Shown here: piece after piece, positions 39,712 to 53,850 of the stretch
Layout: the number at the start of each line of letters is the position of its first letter
Numbering within the stretch: the first letter of the stretch is position 1
Assembly (NCBI RefSeq): GCF_009914755.1
Contig: NC_060932.1
Direction: 5' to 3' (one strand)
Length of the DNA: 64,000 nt
Source: the human T2T-CHM13v2.0 reference genome, Homo sapiens
The notes under the pieces: generated by a model
Seen by the model: only the letters and a program-made list of their open reading frames with translations
The model's database searches: none
What the model was told of the DNA's origin: nothing
Position numbers and translations under genes: made by a program

Positions 39712-40120
39712 ATTTTTTCTTTTTAATTTCTTTTTTATTTTAAGCTCCAGGGTACATGTGCAGGATGTGTAGGTTTGGTACGTAGGTAAATGTGTGCCAT
39801 AGTGGTTTGCTTCACCTACCAACCCAATTCCTAGGTATTAAGCCTGGCATGCATTAGTTATTTTTCCTTATGCTCTCCGCCGACCTGCCCTCCCACAACA
39901 GTCACCAGTGTGTGTCTTTCCCCGCCCTGTGTCCATGTGCTCTCATTGTTCGGCTCCCACTTATAAGTGAGAACATGCAGTGTTTGGTTTTCTGTTTCTG
40001 TGTTGGTTTACTGAGGATAATGGCTTCCAGCTTCATCCATGTCCCAAACTATTACCATGGTTGCATAGTATTCCAGTAACACTACTACATTAAAAATACT
40101 ATGACTGCATAGTATTCCAT
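39712..40120 (-). mobile_element. L1PA8-11-like 3' end with a complex 5' junction
   Basis: 'gggtacatgtgcaggatgtgtaggtttg...ctcccacttataagtgagaacatgcagtgtttgg'. Confidence 0.9.
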
Positions 40121-41119
40121 AATATTTCTAATATAGTAGTGTTATTGGAGTTGAAAACTATGAAAAACAAAAGCCACTAGCCTAAGAAACCTTAAAATGT
40201 AGGACAAAACTCACAGCTTTATGGGTGATCTTATTAAATCTCAAGATCTACCTTATTTTATTTTGAATTAAATGCATTTTGTAATGTTAGTTGTAATTAG
40301 TATTTGTAATATTAGTTCAATATTTTATAGCATTGAATACCTACTTGGTTCAATGTATGGTTTTTCATAACACGTTTTCATATACAATTTGCTTAATAAA
40401 AACCTTTAAATTTGAGCTATTACAGCAGATATGTAACACATTAACATAAATTAATATAAAATGTGCTATATATTACTTAATATAAAGTAACTTCAAGTCT
40501 TTGATATATTAACTTATATGACTCATGCCCACATAAAACTATTTTAAGATTTATAAAAAATAATTGATTTTAAAATGTTTTACAAAAACTACTAAGCTAA
40601 ATAAAACCATGTTCTAAACTCTATTTTCCAAAACACACTCAATACTCATAAATACAATGTGTATAACTTTTATACAAAACAAATATCTTGTTTTAAATGA
40701 AGCTTTATACCTATTAAATGTATTGCATGTCAAAAATTAAAATAGTTTTTAAATGTTTTACTTTTATATATTAGACTTTGCAGATGAGCTTAAACTTATA
40801 CATTCTTACAAACAAGCAGACATTACATTAAAATAGCAGACATTACGTTTTCTTTAATAGTGAAAATCTAGTTCAGAAAATTTGACGTTCACTTTTTCTT
40901 TAAATAAAAACATCACTCTTTGAAAGCATGACACATTGAATACAGTTTAAAATATACAAATTTTATAACATATTGTTAACTAATGCCAAGTGTTGAAAGG
41001 CGGGATCAACCAAGATGTTGGGAGGCAATTCCCCATGGGATTCATTGTGTACCTGCATATTCTAGGCTTTCTGAATTTGAATATTCAAATAATAAATGTG
41101 ACTTGGAAGCTGGAGATAG

Positions 41120-41870
41120 TGTATATTTTGGGAAAAATTTGGAGATACCCCAAAATAATAAAGACAATTCTCTCTGCTTCACCTTCAGTATAATAAGGTG
41201 GACACATCAAAAAGAGGTCTGATCTTTATTCAAGCTCCTTGAAAGTAATTCAGAAGGTAAACCCTCTGAATATCCTGAGTGACAGGAGTATCTTTGTTGT
41301 TTATAGTAGACCCCTGGGACCACACCTGACAGTTTGTGCTAACCTGATAGTGGGACCAGGCAGGCACATCCAGTAGTCTTGGAATATGGCCACAGTAGAA
41401 AGACCAACCATGTGATTAGGAAGTTGAAGCTTTGGGTCACATGATATTGCCTCACCTCTGGAGAGAGGGACCTGGAGATTTTATTCAATCACACTGACAA
41501 TGAATCAATCAATCGTGTTTGTATAGGGAAGCCTCAATAAAACTCTAGACACTAAAGCTTTGGTGAGAGTTGCAGGTTGGCAATACCTCTAGTGCATTGT
41601 CATGTAATGTATGTAATGTCAGAAGGGTAACACGTTCTGAGGCTGTGGAAAATTCCCGTTAAGAACCCTCCCAGACTCTTCCCTATATGTTTTTTTTCCC
41701 TTGAGTGCTTTTAATGCATAATTTCTCTATAATAAACATAAATCTGAGTATAATAAGCTTCTGTGAGTTCTGTATGTCTGTTTTAGCAAATTACCAAACC
41801 TGAGGGGGTTTTTGGAAACCTTATGAACTTACAGTTGATAACAGAATTCTTGGGTAGACAAGAATTGGGT
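41120..41870 (+). mobile_element. MER21C-like LTR
   Basis: 'tgacaggagtatctttgtt...ccctgggaccacacctga...agaaagaccaaccatgtgattag...agcaaattaccaaacctgagggggt'. Confidence 0.8.
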
Positions 41871-41879
41871 TGTGCAATT

Positions 41880-42120
41880 AAAAAATTTAAAGAGTGTTGA
41901 TTTTATGTTAAATGTTCATATCACAAAAAAGTAAAACAAACCACAAAAGGGCATGTGGACACATTCAAAGATTATGGATATATTTACTCCCTTAATTGTG
42001 GTGATGGTTTAATGGGTAAATGCATATATGTTCGAACTCATCAAATTGTATACATTAAGCCTATACAGCATTCTGTATATCAGTTATATCTCAATAAAGC
42101 TGTTAATCAAAACAAAAAAA
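41880..42120 (+). mobile_element. L1MB1/2-like 3' end
   Basis: 'ttaattgtggtgatggttt...actcatcaaattgtatacattaa...tctcaataaagctgtt' with an A tail. Confidence 0.8.
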
Positions 42121-44359
42121 AGTACTCTTTAGTTTGAGTAAGCATAATACCAAAATACATGAAGATAAATGGTCTGTTTATTGACCTGGGTGCTGATTCC
42201 AAAGATGTGCTGATTTGTGAGGATCCATAGAGGAGGGAGCTTGTAGAGGGGGGATTTTTTTATACATGTATATTTTAATAGATTATATGAATATTTGTGG
42301 GTATGCAAAAAATTGCTAATTTTTTATGATGATATAAGTAAAGATAGGCAGATTTAGAGAATTTTATTTTGTCATAATTGAGTAGGAACAATTAACTATG
42401 AAGAACAGTACTTTGTTTGCTATTGTTTCCTGGATCCTGAAACCTCTCCTGGAGTCTGATCTAGGTCTTACTCGGGGAATCTATACCTATGGTTCATTCT
42501 GGACTCCAGTGAGAATCTTGGTTTCACTATGTTCTTGTATGATATTGCAGTGTCCCAATTGCATAAGGTAATTTGTTCTGGAATACACACACATAAAAAT
42601 AAATGAAAACCTTACAATAAATTATTCATGTGAGTGTCTTCTTGTCACAAACAAGTTGTTCTACAAATACTGATAATATCTATCAATATTCATTTGCCCC
42701 AATAATACAAAAATTATGAGTAAGACAGGAGGAAAGCTGACCTTATAAAATATCTTCTTTCTAGTTTCAAATTATTATTTGCAGAAAAATGTAAATCATG
42801 TTGTTTAAAATGGCTAGAAGCTTTCAAAATTGCCTTTAGTAGACACTCTGACCATACATTTATTTAGAATTTTGAACTTGGTCCTTTACTGAAAATCATA
42901 ATCTCTTTCTGTATTTTGATAAGAAATTAATGGAATGTAATGGGAAAGTGAATTTTAATGTGAGGGGGATTAATTTGGGACTACTATTAATTGTTTATGA
43001 TAGAATTTTAAAATTCATTTTCTTAAAATGATAGAAATATGTTTAGAACTCACTAGTTAACAACAAAATGTCTGTTTCAAATTTTGCTTGCTCAAGAAAT
43101 ATTTAGATTTAACAATATGATTTACTCATGATTTCATTCTTGTAGTTCATGTTTTTATTATGCTATAAGAAGAATAAATACATGAATATGAAGTATACAT
43201 TTCCTAGATGGCTTTGGCTCAATTTATTCATTTAAAAAGGCAAATTTTATAGGTATAGGAGCTAAAGATTAAACTTAAATTGGACACAAAAGCAGCCTCT
43301 TTCTTGAGGTTTAATATTAATAAAATTCTATAACAGATATTTACAGGAATTTTAAAATATAGTTCATCTTATTTGTGAGCTGGTACTTTGTTGACATTTT
43401 CTTGAATCACTTCCTGATGTGGCAGTAAAAGATAAATAAATAAACGAGTTGATTTTCAATCATGCGCGGAAAATTTATACTATGAAAATCTAGATTAAAA
43501 TATTGTCCTTTTCACATGAGCTTTTCAAAGGTACCTTACATCTTATATATGCTTGGTTTAATATCTATAGATTTACTTGTCATAAAATTTCTAAAGATTG
43601 ATGATAGTACAAAAATATAAATAATTTTACTGTTCTCTTATTGTGTTTCATTGGATTTTAACAACATTTTTTAAAGATGGGAATAAAAAATATATCTTAA
43701 GCAAGTTAGGGTTGAAATAGAATGAAAATGTTGATGAAAAAACCACATAGGGCCAGATTTTCTTTATAAATAATACATAGGCAGGGGCTTATTTAGCACT
43801 TTGTGGGACTTGTGTGAACTTATTCTATCCACTGAGAAAACTGTTTCCTGAGTACAACAAAAAGTGAGGTAAGACTAAAGGATAAAAAGAAACTTCTAAA
43901 AATAATTTTCTCACTTTCAGAAAGCACTTTATCCAATGAGAATTTCCTAACGTATGTAATAATCTTTTTACCTTTTAGAATGTTTCCTTGGTAAAGTTAA
44001 AGCATTGAAGACACAAAGTAGTCAATGAATTAAACTTTTTTTGAACAAACAAACCAAAAAACTCCAATAGTAATTGAATGAATTATTTTTTCTAACCTTT
44101 ACATAAAATTATGGCTTACAGAGGCTAAGGCTATGCTAAAAACTGAAAAGGCCCTAAAACATGCCACAACAAATTCTGGATTATCTTCATGAAACTACAT
44201 GCAAGGTACTAGCTCTGCTTCTAATGGAGCAATAATTTATTACATGGGTTGGTAGTAAAAAGTATGTAACTCAAGGACAGTATTATGAACATGGCTTCCA
44301 CTTTCAGGCAGCGAGCAACTTCATCTTTTTTCAAACTTTCAGTGAATAATTATGTAAAA

Positions 44360-44721
44360 TTACATGGATAGACATGAAGGTGTGCTGCCCATTTTCACTT
44401 TCAATGAATGACTGACTTTTCAGCTCCAAGAAGTTAAGTGATGTCCTTCCTGGGTAACCCACAGCCTGTGACTGAGTAAGGTGAATGTATGAAGGCCTGA
44501 TCATTTCAGCCTGACAACACAGAATATTTGAATGGGAATATTCACTTCAGAGCCTTCTATTGGAATGGTCAGCATTTCTCTGTCATGCACTGCTGTTCAC
44601 CTTATTTCATCCCAGTCCTGTTCCTCCCTCCTTTTCACTGGTATAAATTCTAAAAAAAAAAAAAAAATACTTTATCCCAACTATATCTCAGTGTCTCATT
44701 CCAGAGAAGCCAGTCCGTGAC
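44360..44721 (+). mobile_element. LTR16A-like LTR
   Basis: 'cccacagcctgtgactgag...cccagtcctgttcctccctccttttcactgg...tctcagtgtctcattccagagaagccagtccgtgaca'. Confidence 0.7.
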
Positions 44722-44819
44722 AAACTGCCTAGGCTATCAGTCAAAATTCAAACAAACTCGTATTCCATTGTTCACTACTGTCAAAAACGGGATTTATCTA
44801 GAAAGTATGAAGTATTCAC

Positions 44820-46700
44820 AAATACTGTTTAACTATTGAAACATTATAAAATATAAAAAGTATAAAAATGATATTTCTATATATTAACAATAACAATCCA
44901 AAAATTAAAATTAAGAAACTAATTTCATTTACAATAATATTGAAAAGAATAACATTCTTTGGATTTTTTTTCAGAGACAGAGTCTTGCTCTGTTGGCTAG
45001 GCTACAGTGCAGTAGCATGATCATAGCTCACTGCAGCCTCATACTCCTGGGCTCAAGGGATCCTCCGACCCTAGTCTCCTGAGTAGCTGGGACTTCAGGT
45101 GTGTGCCACCACACCCAGATAATTTATTTTTATTTTTCTAGAGATGGGGGGTGTCTCACTAGTTGCCCAGGCTATTCTCCAACTCCTTGTTTCAAGCTAT
45201 CCTCCCACCTCAGCCTCACAAGTAGGTAGGATCATAGATGCAAGCCACTGTGGCCTGGCCTGAAATAAATTTAACGAAAGAGGTATAAACTTTGTACACT
45301 GACTATTACACAACAATGCTGGAAAAAAATAAGATATAATTAAATGAAATGACATTCCCTCTTCATTTGAAACTCAGCCATATAAAAAATAGCAATTCTA
45401 TGCAAATGACAATCTAGAGTCAAGGTAATCCCTATCAAAATACCAGCATATGTTTTTAGGTAAATTGGCAAGTCCTTGCTAAAAATTTATAGTAAATGCA
45501 AAGAACGCAGAGTAGACAAAATCTTCAAAAAATAATACAATGTTTATAGACTCATTCTTCCTGATGTCAAAATTTACTATGGTGCTAAGTAATGAAGTGT
45601 GGTACTGGCATAAGGATACACATATAAATTAATGGAACTGAATTAATAACTTAGAAATAAACTCTTACAGACAATTGATTTTTGACAAAGGTGGCATAGC
45701 AATTTAATGGACAAAGTATAGCTTTTACAACAAACAGTAATTATAAAATTGCTCTTCATATATGAAGGGTGAATTAAGACCTGTACCACATACCGTACAA
45801 AGCAATCATCTTCAAATAAATCATAAACATAAATGTAAAAACAAAAACTATTAAACTTTTAAAGATAATGTAATAGAAAATCTTCATGGACTTGCTTAGG
45901 CAAATATTTCCTATATAGAACATCAACAGCACAATCCACGGAAAAAAAAGGTAAATTAGGCTTCATCAAATTTAAAAATATCTACACTACAACAGGCACC
46001 ATTAAAATAAATGAAAAGATAATCCACAAAATGGAGAAATATATTCAAGAATCCTGTATCTGCGGAAACTCTTGTCTTCAGAATTTGCAAAGAAAGTGTA
46101 CAATTTATTAATAAAAGGACAATTAAATTTAAAAATGGACAACATATTTGAATAGACATTTTATCCAAGAATATAATTGTCAATAAGCACATCAAAACAT
46201 GTGCAACATCATTGGTCCTCAAGGAAATATCAATTAAAACCATAGTTTAATCTCATTCATTAGAATGGCTATAATCAAATTAGCAAGTATATTTAGTGTT
46301 GACAAGGACGTAAAGAAACTGGTACACTTATACATTGTTTATGAGAATGTAAGTACTGCAGCTCCTGTGGAAAACTTATTGAAGTTTTGTGAAAACTTAA
46401 ACATTAATCTCTCTTAAGTTCCAGTAATTCCTCTTCTAGATATCTAACCAAGAGCAATGAAAACATATTTTTACGTAGACTTGTACACAAATTTCTACAA
46501 TGTTGTTATTCATAATAGCCAAAATAACCCAGATAACCATCATTAGTTATAAAACTCTAATATGCCTAAACAATGGAATACTATACAGCAATAAAAAATG
46601 ATAAAATATTCCTACATGCACCAACATAAATGAAACTCAAAAAATTATGGTAAGTGCAAAAAATCTAAATTAATATCCAATTGATTTTTTTTAAATGTCA
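44820..46700 (+). mobile_element. Old L1M (MB/MC/ME-like) ORF2 3' half to 3'UTR
   Basis: 'gtgtggtactggcataaggata', 'aattgatttttgacaaaggtg' and 'caatggaatactatacagcaataaaaa'. Confidence 0.82.
44963..45260 (-). mobile_element. AluJ
   Basis: J diagnostics 'tgatcatagctcactgcagcctc...ctcctgggctcaag'. Confidence 0.9.
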
Positions 46701-47274
46701 AGAGATTAAGCTAGATGTTGGATTATGGAAAGCTTGGGAATGCAGGAACAAATTATGAGCCTCATTTTCTAATGGGGATCCTGGGACCAGACGTATTTTA
46801 GATTAATTCAACCTATCTTTGCTAAAGAGATGTCTTAGTATTTTGGGAGGAGGTTAGGAAGGAGGGAAGGGATTCAATCTGCACCTGGAAATCTTGGCTA
46901 TAACATATAATTATGAAAATAAGCAATTTATATAGTTTCTTAGAAACTTAGTTTTATCAGGAGAAAAAAATGTGAATAAGACCATCTGATTTATTTTATC
47001 ATTTGCGAGTATGACAAAATATAAACATATGTAAGGATACCTTTAGGAAAGTTTAGAAATTATATAATGATAGCTACTCATTTTTATATTGTGTCTTTTT
47101 CAATTACACAAAATTTGAATGTTCTATCTCAAATTTATGATGAGTAGTGTTTAAATATAAACATAAAGTCATAATGGATTAGGTATATTTTTAAACTTTA
47201 GATTTATATCTGCTGAATTGTACTTCTATATAGCGTTACACTTTTTATATTTAGTTGTGACTTAATTTAACATG

Positions 47275-47560
47275 TGTTATTTCAGTAAACATTTAATAAG
47301 CACCTGCTATGCATTCTGATGGGTACTTGTAATAAATTAGTCAACATAAAATAGAAATAAATCCTATATCCATTAACTTTCTGGACATGAAGTTTGAAAA
47401 TAAAGTGATTACAGTATAGTGTGAGTACTACTAGAATGAAATTTTGATGAGAACACATGAAAACAATTGATAAATGCTCTTCACTCAGCTTTGGTAAACA
47501 ATGTGATGACAAGCATGAGTTCTGTCACATATGAAGCATGAGGGAGATTCTAAAACAAAT
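47275..47560 (-). mobile_element. L2 3' end
   Basis: 'attcagtaaacatttaataagcacctgctatg'. Confidence 0.55.
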
Positions 47561-47948
47561 GGGCCAAAATTATGAAATGAATACAAATACAGTCTATAGA
47601 AAATTGAAAATATTATGTTTGCAGTGTAAAATAAAATATTTAGTAATAGTCAGTTGGGAAGAAAACTGTCATAATACCATGAATAATATTTTAATGCCAT
47701 GATAAATATTTAGGTATATGTGCATGTTAGAAATCTCACTGAATTTAGCAATCATCCAGTAGACTAATACTGCCCATAAATTATTAAACTAATATTCAGA
47801 TATGTTAATTGAGACATTCAAATATACATTTTTACTACAACTATAACTTATATTTCTTTTCCGTATTTCCTGATCATGCACCAACATTCAAGTATTTATG
47901 ATACACTTTTTTGTTCTATAAAAGTACATGTGTATGGTCTTCATTATT

Positions 47949-48327
47949 TGGTATGGTTTGGCTCTGTGTTCCTGCCCAAATCTTACCTCGAATTATAATC
48001 CTCATAATCCCTATGTGTCAAGAGTGGGACCAGGTGGAGGTAATTGGATCATGGGGGCAATTTCCTTCATGCTGTTCTCAAGATAGTGAGTGAGTTCTCA
48101 AGAGATCTGATGGTTTTGTAAGTGTGTGGCATTTCCCCTGCTTGCACTAGCTCTGTTCTGCTGCCCCAGAAAGAAGGCGCCTGCTTTTCCTTTGCCTTCC
48201 GCTATGAGTGTAAGTTTCCTGAGGCCTCCCTAGCAATGTGGCACTGTGAGTCAACTAAACCTCTATTCGTTATAAATTACCCAGTCTCAGGTATTTCTTC
48301 ATAGCAGTGTGAGAACGGACTAACACA
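47949..48327 (+). mobile_element. THE1D-like MaLR solo LTR
   Basis: 'tggtatggtttggctctgtg...ataaattacccagtctcaggtatttcttcatagcagtgtgagaacggactaacaca'. Perfect TSD ttatt at 47944-47948 and 48328-48332. Confidence 0.93.
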
Positions 48328-49632
48328 TTATTATTATTTATTTAAAGTTGAGATTTAAGTTAGTTAATGATGTATGTCTATATGAAAGCTTAATATAAAC
48401 CCTTAGGTTTTCTATAAAGTATCCAAATATTTAAAGTATAATTTTTTCACTAAAACATCATTTTGTATCTATGTAATTTAAAAAAATAATTGTAAACCTA
48501 GTAGAAAATTAAAATATTTGTGCGAAAATATATGATTATTTGTTTCTGCATTAATAGTGAATAAAAATTACTTTTTATGACCTAAGAATAACATTAAGAA
48601 TTTATCACCATGCAAATTCTCTTGACATTTTCTGCAGATGATTGCACAGTATTAACTCATCAATGAATGACATTCAGTGAATCATAAAGCACTTAACTTG
48701 AACACAGACAATAGAGTGTTCATAAAGTTCCTCTTTTTTAATCAAACAATATGTGTGTTCATATTTTTCAAATTTAAGTCAACACTAAATTAGTGATAGA
48801 GAAAAAATTATGTTAGCTTTATTCAGAAATGCATTTTGTGACTCTGAATTTAAGTATGTAGTTAATATCTGCCTATTGTCTGATTTTTAGGCTTGATTGC
48901 AATTCTAAAAATATATTCTTCTTACAGTTCTGCACTTATTAAAGCTGGAATGTATATTATAACAGGTTAGTATATTGATTTAAATAGTAAATATCAACTT
49001 TATATGTCTTTCTCTGTTAAATATGTAAGCAGAAAATAGTTGCTGTTTTGATAAACACAATACTAGTTCTTTACAGCTGTTTATATGTAGCAACAGTTTG
49101 ACTTGTAAAATCTGCCTTGAATATTTACTGGCACTGCATTGCTTGTTTGGCATGTCTTTATCAAAATGATCTATGTGATGGTTTATGAAACTCAATTTGT
49201 ATCTAATCAATATTTTAATTTTAATCATGAAATCACAATTTTTTGTCAGCTAATTCTGTTTTCTTAGGAGCTGTTAATACCAACCAAAAGTGATACTAAG
49301 GACAAAATTATATTTAATCTAATGTATACATTTTAAATCCCCCATATTTCCCAGCCTTTCCACTCATCCTTTGAATGAATAACCTTTCCATCCACAATCC
49401 CTTCTTGTAAATAATCAGAATAGATATCTGAAGTGTTTGAGATAGAGATGGGGATGGAATTATGGCTTATATTCACTTGTGCACAAGAAGAAGAGTTGCT
49501 CTCATTTTATGGTGGTGTGTACCTGGATATTTATGTCAGCAGATAAAGACTAGGAGAAAAATGAAGTGTCACCCTCTCCACTTTAAATCGAACAAGGGTA
49601 TTTTGTAAGGATTTAAAGTGAATGTTTCACAA

Positions 49633-52590
49633 ATTTTTTTAAATTTGTTTTTTGATTTTTAATTTTTATGGGTACTTAGTAGGCATTTATATTTATGGGG
49701 CACATGAGATGTTTTGATACAGGCATGCAATGTATAATAATCGCATCACAGAAGATGAAGTATTCATCCCCTCAATCATTTATACTTCGTGTTATGAGCA
49801 ATCCAATTGTATTCTTTTAGTTATTTTTAAAAGTACAATTAAATTTTTGTTGATTATAGATACCCTGTTGTGTCACCAAATACTGGGCCTTATTCATTCA
49901 TTCGAACTACTTTTCATACCCATTAACCATCCCTATGTCCCCCTCATTCCTCACTACCCTTCCTAGCCTCTGGTAACCATGCTTCTACTCTATCTCCATG
50001 ATTTCAATTGTTTTGATTTAATATTCCAGAAATAAATGAGAATATGCAGTGCTTGTCTTTTTGTGCCTGGCTTATTTCACTTAACATAAGGGTCTTCAGT
50101 TTCATCCATGTTGTTGCAAATGACTGAATCTCATTCTTTTTTATGGCTGAATAGTATTCCATTATGTATAAGTACCACAGTTTCTTTATCGATTCATCTG
50201 TTGATGGACACTTAGGTTGCTCCCAGATCTTGGCTATGGTGAACAGAGCTGCAATAAACATGGAAGTGCAGATATCTCTTCAATATATTCTTTTTTTTCT
50301 TTTTTGCATACACCCATCAGTAGAAATACTGGATTATATGGTAGCTCTATTTTTAGTTTTTTGAGGAACCTCCAAACTGTTCTCCATAGTTGTTGTACTA
50401 ATTTACATTCCCACCAGCAGTCTACCAGAATTCTTTAGTCTCCACATCCTCACCAGCATTTGTTATTGCTTGTCTTTTTTATATAAGCCATTTTAACTGG
50501 GGTGAGATGATATCTCACTGTGTTTTGATTTGCATATCTCTGGTGATAAATGATGTTGAGCACCTTTTCATAAGCCTGTTTTTCATTTGTATGTCCTCTT
50601 GTGAGAAATACCTTTTCAAATATTTTGCTCATTTTATGATTGGATTATTAGATTTTTTCCCATAGAGTTGTTTGAGCTCCTTATATATTCTGATTATTGT
50701 TCCTGTGTCAGGTGAGTAGTTTGTAAATATCTTCTCCCATTCTGTCGGTTGTATTTTCACTTTGTTGACTGCTTCTTTTTCTGTGAAGAAGCTTGTTAGC
50801 TTGACATAATTCCATTTGTCCATTTTTACTTTGGTTGCCTGTGCTTGTGGGGTAATCCTCAAGAAATCTTTGCCCAGACTAATGTCCTAGAGAGTTTAAT
50901 CAATGCTTTCTTGTAGTAGTTTCATAGCTTGAGGTCTCAAATTTAAGGCTATCATCCATTTTGATTTTATTTTTGTATATTGTAGGAGATGGGAGTCTAC
51001 TTTCATTCACTCCCTTGCTACCACCTATGTTCACTCAAAGCCCTGGAGCTTTGAAATCTACAAGTGGCAAAGCCAGTCAGGCCTATACCATTCCCTTCAA
51101 GATAGTGAGTTTCCCCAGGTCCCAGGCAGGTCCAGAAAAACTGTCCAAGAGCAAGGGACTAAAGTCAAAAACCTTAGAAGTCCACCTGGTGTTCTATTGT
51201 ACCGTGGCTGAGCTGGCACTCAAACCATAAGATGCAGTCCTTCTCACTCTTCCCTCCCCATTCTAAAGGAAGAGGAGCCTCACCCTGTGGCCACCTCCAC
51301 CTGAGGTTCAAGAGGAGACTATCACTGATGTTCCCTCAAGGCCCTAGGGCTCTCAAGTCAAATTGTTGTGAAAACTACCTGACCTAGGTCTCACCTTTCA
51401 GGGAAGGGGTCTCCCCTCTGACACAGGGCAGGTCCAAAAATGCTGTAAAAGAGTCATGTCCTGGAATCAGGGACTTTAAGAGCCCACTTGGTGCTCTACC
51501 CACCTGTGGCCAAGCTGGTACCAGGTGCAATAAAAAGACTTCTTTACTTTTCCCTCTGCTTTCTCAAGCAGTATTCTTGCCCCATAGCCACCACAGCTTG
51601 GAATGTGCTGAAGCTCACCTGAGGCCAGCAAGTCTCAGCATCTCTCCCATGGCTCTCAATGTAGTACCTGGCTATTGTTACTTGTTATTCAGGACCCAGG
51701 GGCTCTTCAGTTAAGAGGTAATGAAGCCTCCCAGGACCAGGTCTTTCTCTTCAAGGCAGCAAAGTTCCTATCTGGGCCAGGGTGTGTCTAAGAATGTCAT
51801 TTGAGAGCCAGGGTATGGAACAGGCCTCACAACTCTGACTAGTGTCCTATCCTACTGTGGTTAAGCTGGTATTCAAAATGCAAGACATAGGCCTCCCCAC
51901 TCTTCTGTCTCCTCTCCTCAAGTGCAAGAAAGTGGGCTTTATTGGAGCTGTAAGCTGAGCAGCCTAGGTTTAGGGGAGGGGTGATGCCAACATTCCCTTA
52001 CCCACCCTGGCTGGTGTTTCAATAGGTCATGTGCCCCCAGCCCTGCAACCCCAACCCCCTGCCACCCAATCCACTGTCTCTGGGCTCAGCTCAGCCCTGG
52101 GACTCATCTAGGTGTAGGCCTTTCAGGTTTATTTGGAGCTCCAGATCCCATTAGCCCATGGTGGCAAGGCTTAGGGGAAATCAAGTTTCCATTGCTGGGA
52201 TTGATGATTCCCCTCTGGGTAGGGCTGGTTTAAATGCACCCTCCATGGGCAGGTGTCAGCGAAGTTTGGTCCCATTTTGTTTTCTTCGGTAACAAAGACA
52301 GCACTGAGTTCAATGCCTCACAATTGCTGGCTTTCCCTCTCCCTAGGGCACACCATGCTGCTGTTGCCAGGGCATGAGGGAGGGGTGGCATCAGCAATTC
52401 AAGACTTTTTCCACCTCTTCAGTGCCTCCTTCAGTGACATGAATTGAAACATTGTGCTGTGAGTTATCACCCAATCTTTGGTTCTTACAAAGGTGTTTGT
52501 GTGTGTGTGTGTGTAGATAGTTGTTAAATTTGTGTTCTTGCAGGGGGACAATCAGTGGAGCCTTCTATTCTGCCATCTTGCTCCTCTTTC
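49633..52590 (-). mobile_element. L1MA2/3-like element with both termini but lacking ORF1 and most of ORF2
   Basis: 3'UTR plus ORF2 end at 49633-51007 (peptide [20 protein letters not shown]). GC-richer repeated 5'UTR at 51008-52590, ending in 'ccttctattctgccatcttgctcc', the reverse complement of the L1 start GAGCAAGATGGC. Confidence 0.85.
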
Positions 52591-53461
52591 TCACAAGTAA
52601 ATATTAATTCACTCAGGTCATCTGTTTTCCAATTAGTAAAACCTTCAACTCTAGTTGTTGTTTATATGTTCACAATTCATGTCAGTCTATCCAAAACTCC
52701 GCACCATCTTCTTATGTATTTTCACAGAAAGTGCTAAAATTGAAATACTGGCATTCTTAATTTAAGTGACTTTGCTTAATATAATTGTATTTCTCATCTA
52801 GGTTTCAAGAAGTAGAATTTCCTAACACATATACATGTTAATGTAATTTAATAAGAAATAAAAAATCAATGATTATCTCTATCAGCATATTGTTTTTCTT
52901 CCCATGTTCAGTATTTTAGTTGGCAATAACCTCCAAACTAGAGCTCTGTGATTTGTATTTCACTGCTATATCCTATGGATTCAATATTTTTATATACTTT
53001 TTCTTTTCATTTGTATGTTCAACGTTTTTCTCATCATTGCCCTTTGAAATAGCCACCCCATCATCTTCTGCTTATTTTTCTCTCCTCTTCAAATGATGTT
53101 TTGTATTCTACTCATCGCCTTTTACAAATCTGATCACCAATCATTTAATCTCCTACCACTGTGTGTTTTTCTAGGTCACTCTGCCAAACTGCATATATAT
53201 GACCCAGCTCTCCTCTGCCCTGATCCACGTCTGCTTCCCCTCTCTTCTTTACCTTCCACACTGCTCATTCACAGTATTCATTTTTTTTTAACCCATTGTG
53301 CCTGAGGAATGATCTACCAGTTTATCTGGAAAATCACCAATCATCACCCATGCCCAATACAAAAATTCCATCTTTAATGAAATATTTGAGTTTCAAAAAA
53401 TAATTATTATTCATTGTTTTCCAATCACTATTACTTATAATAAAACTATTATTTTTTATAG

Positions 53462-53850
<389 letters not shown>

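Noticed and set aside
50004-50862. ORFs with clear L1 ORF2-like peptides (also 3678-4228 and 4819-5046)
   Set aside because: Frameshifted fragments of dead L1 copies, not host genes.
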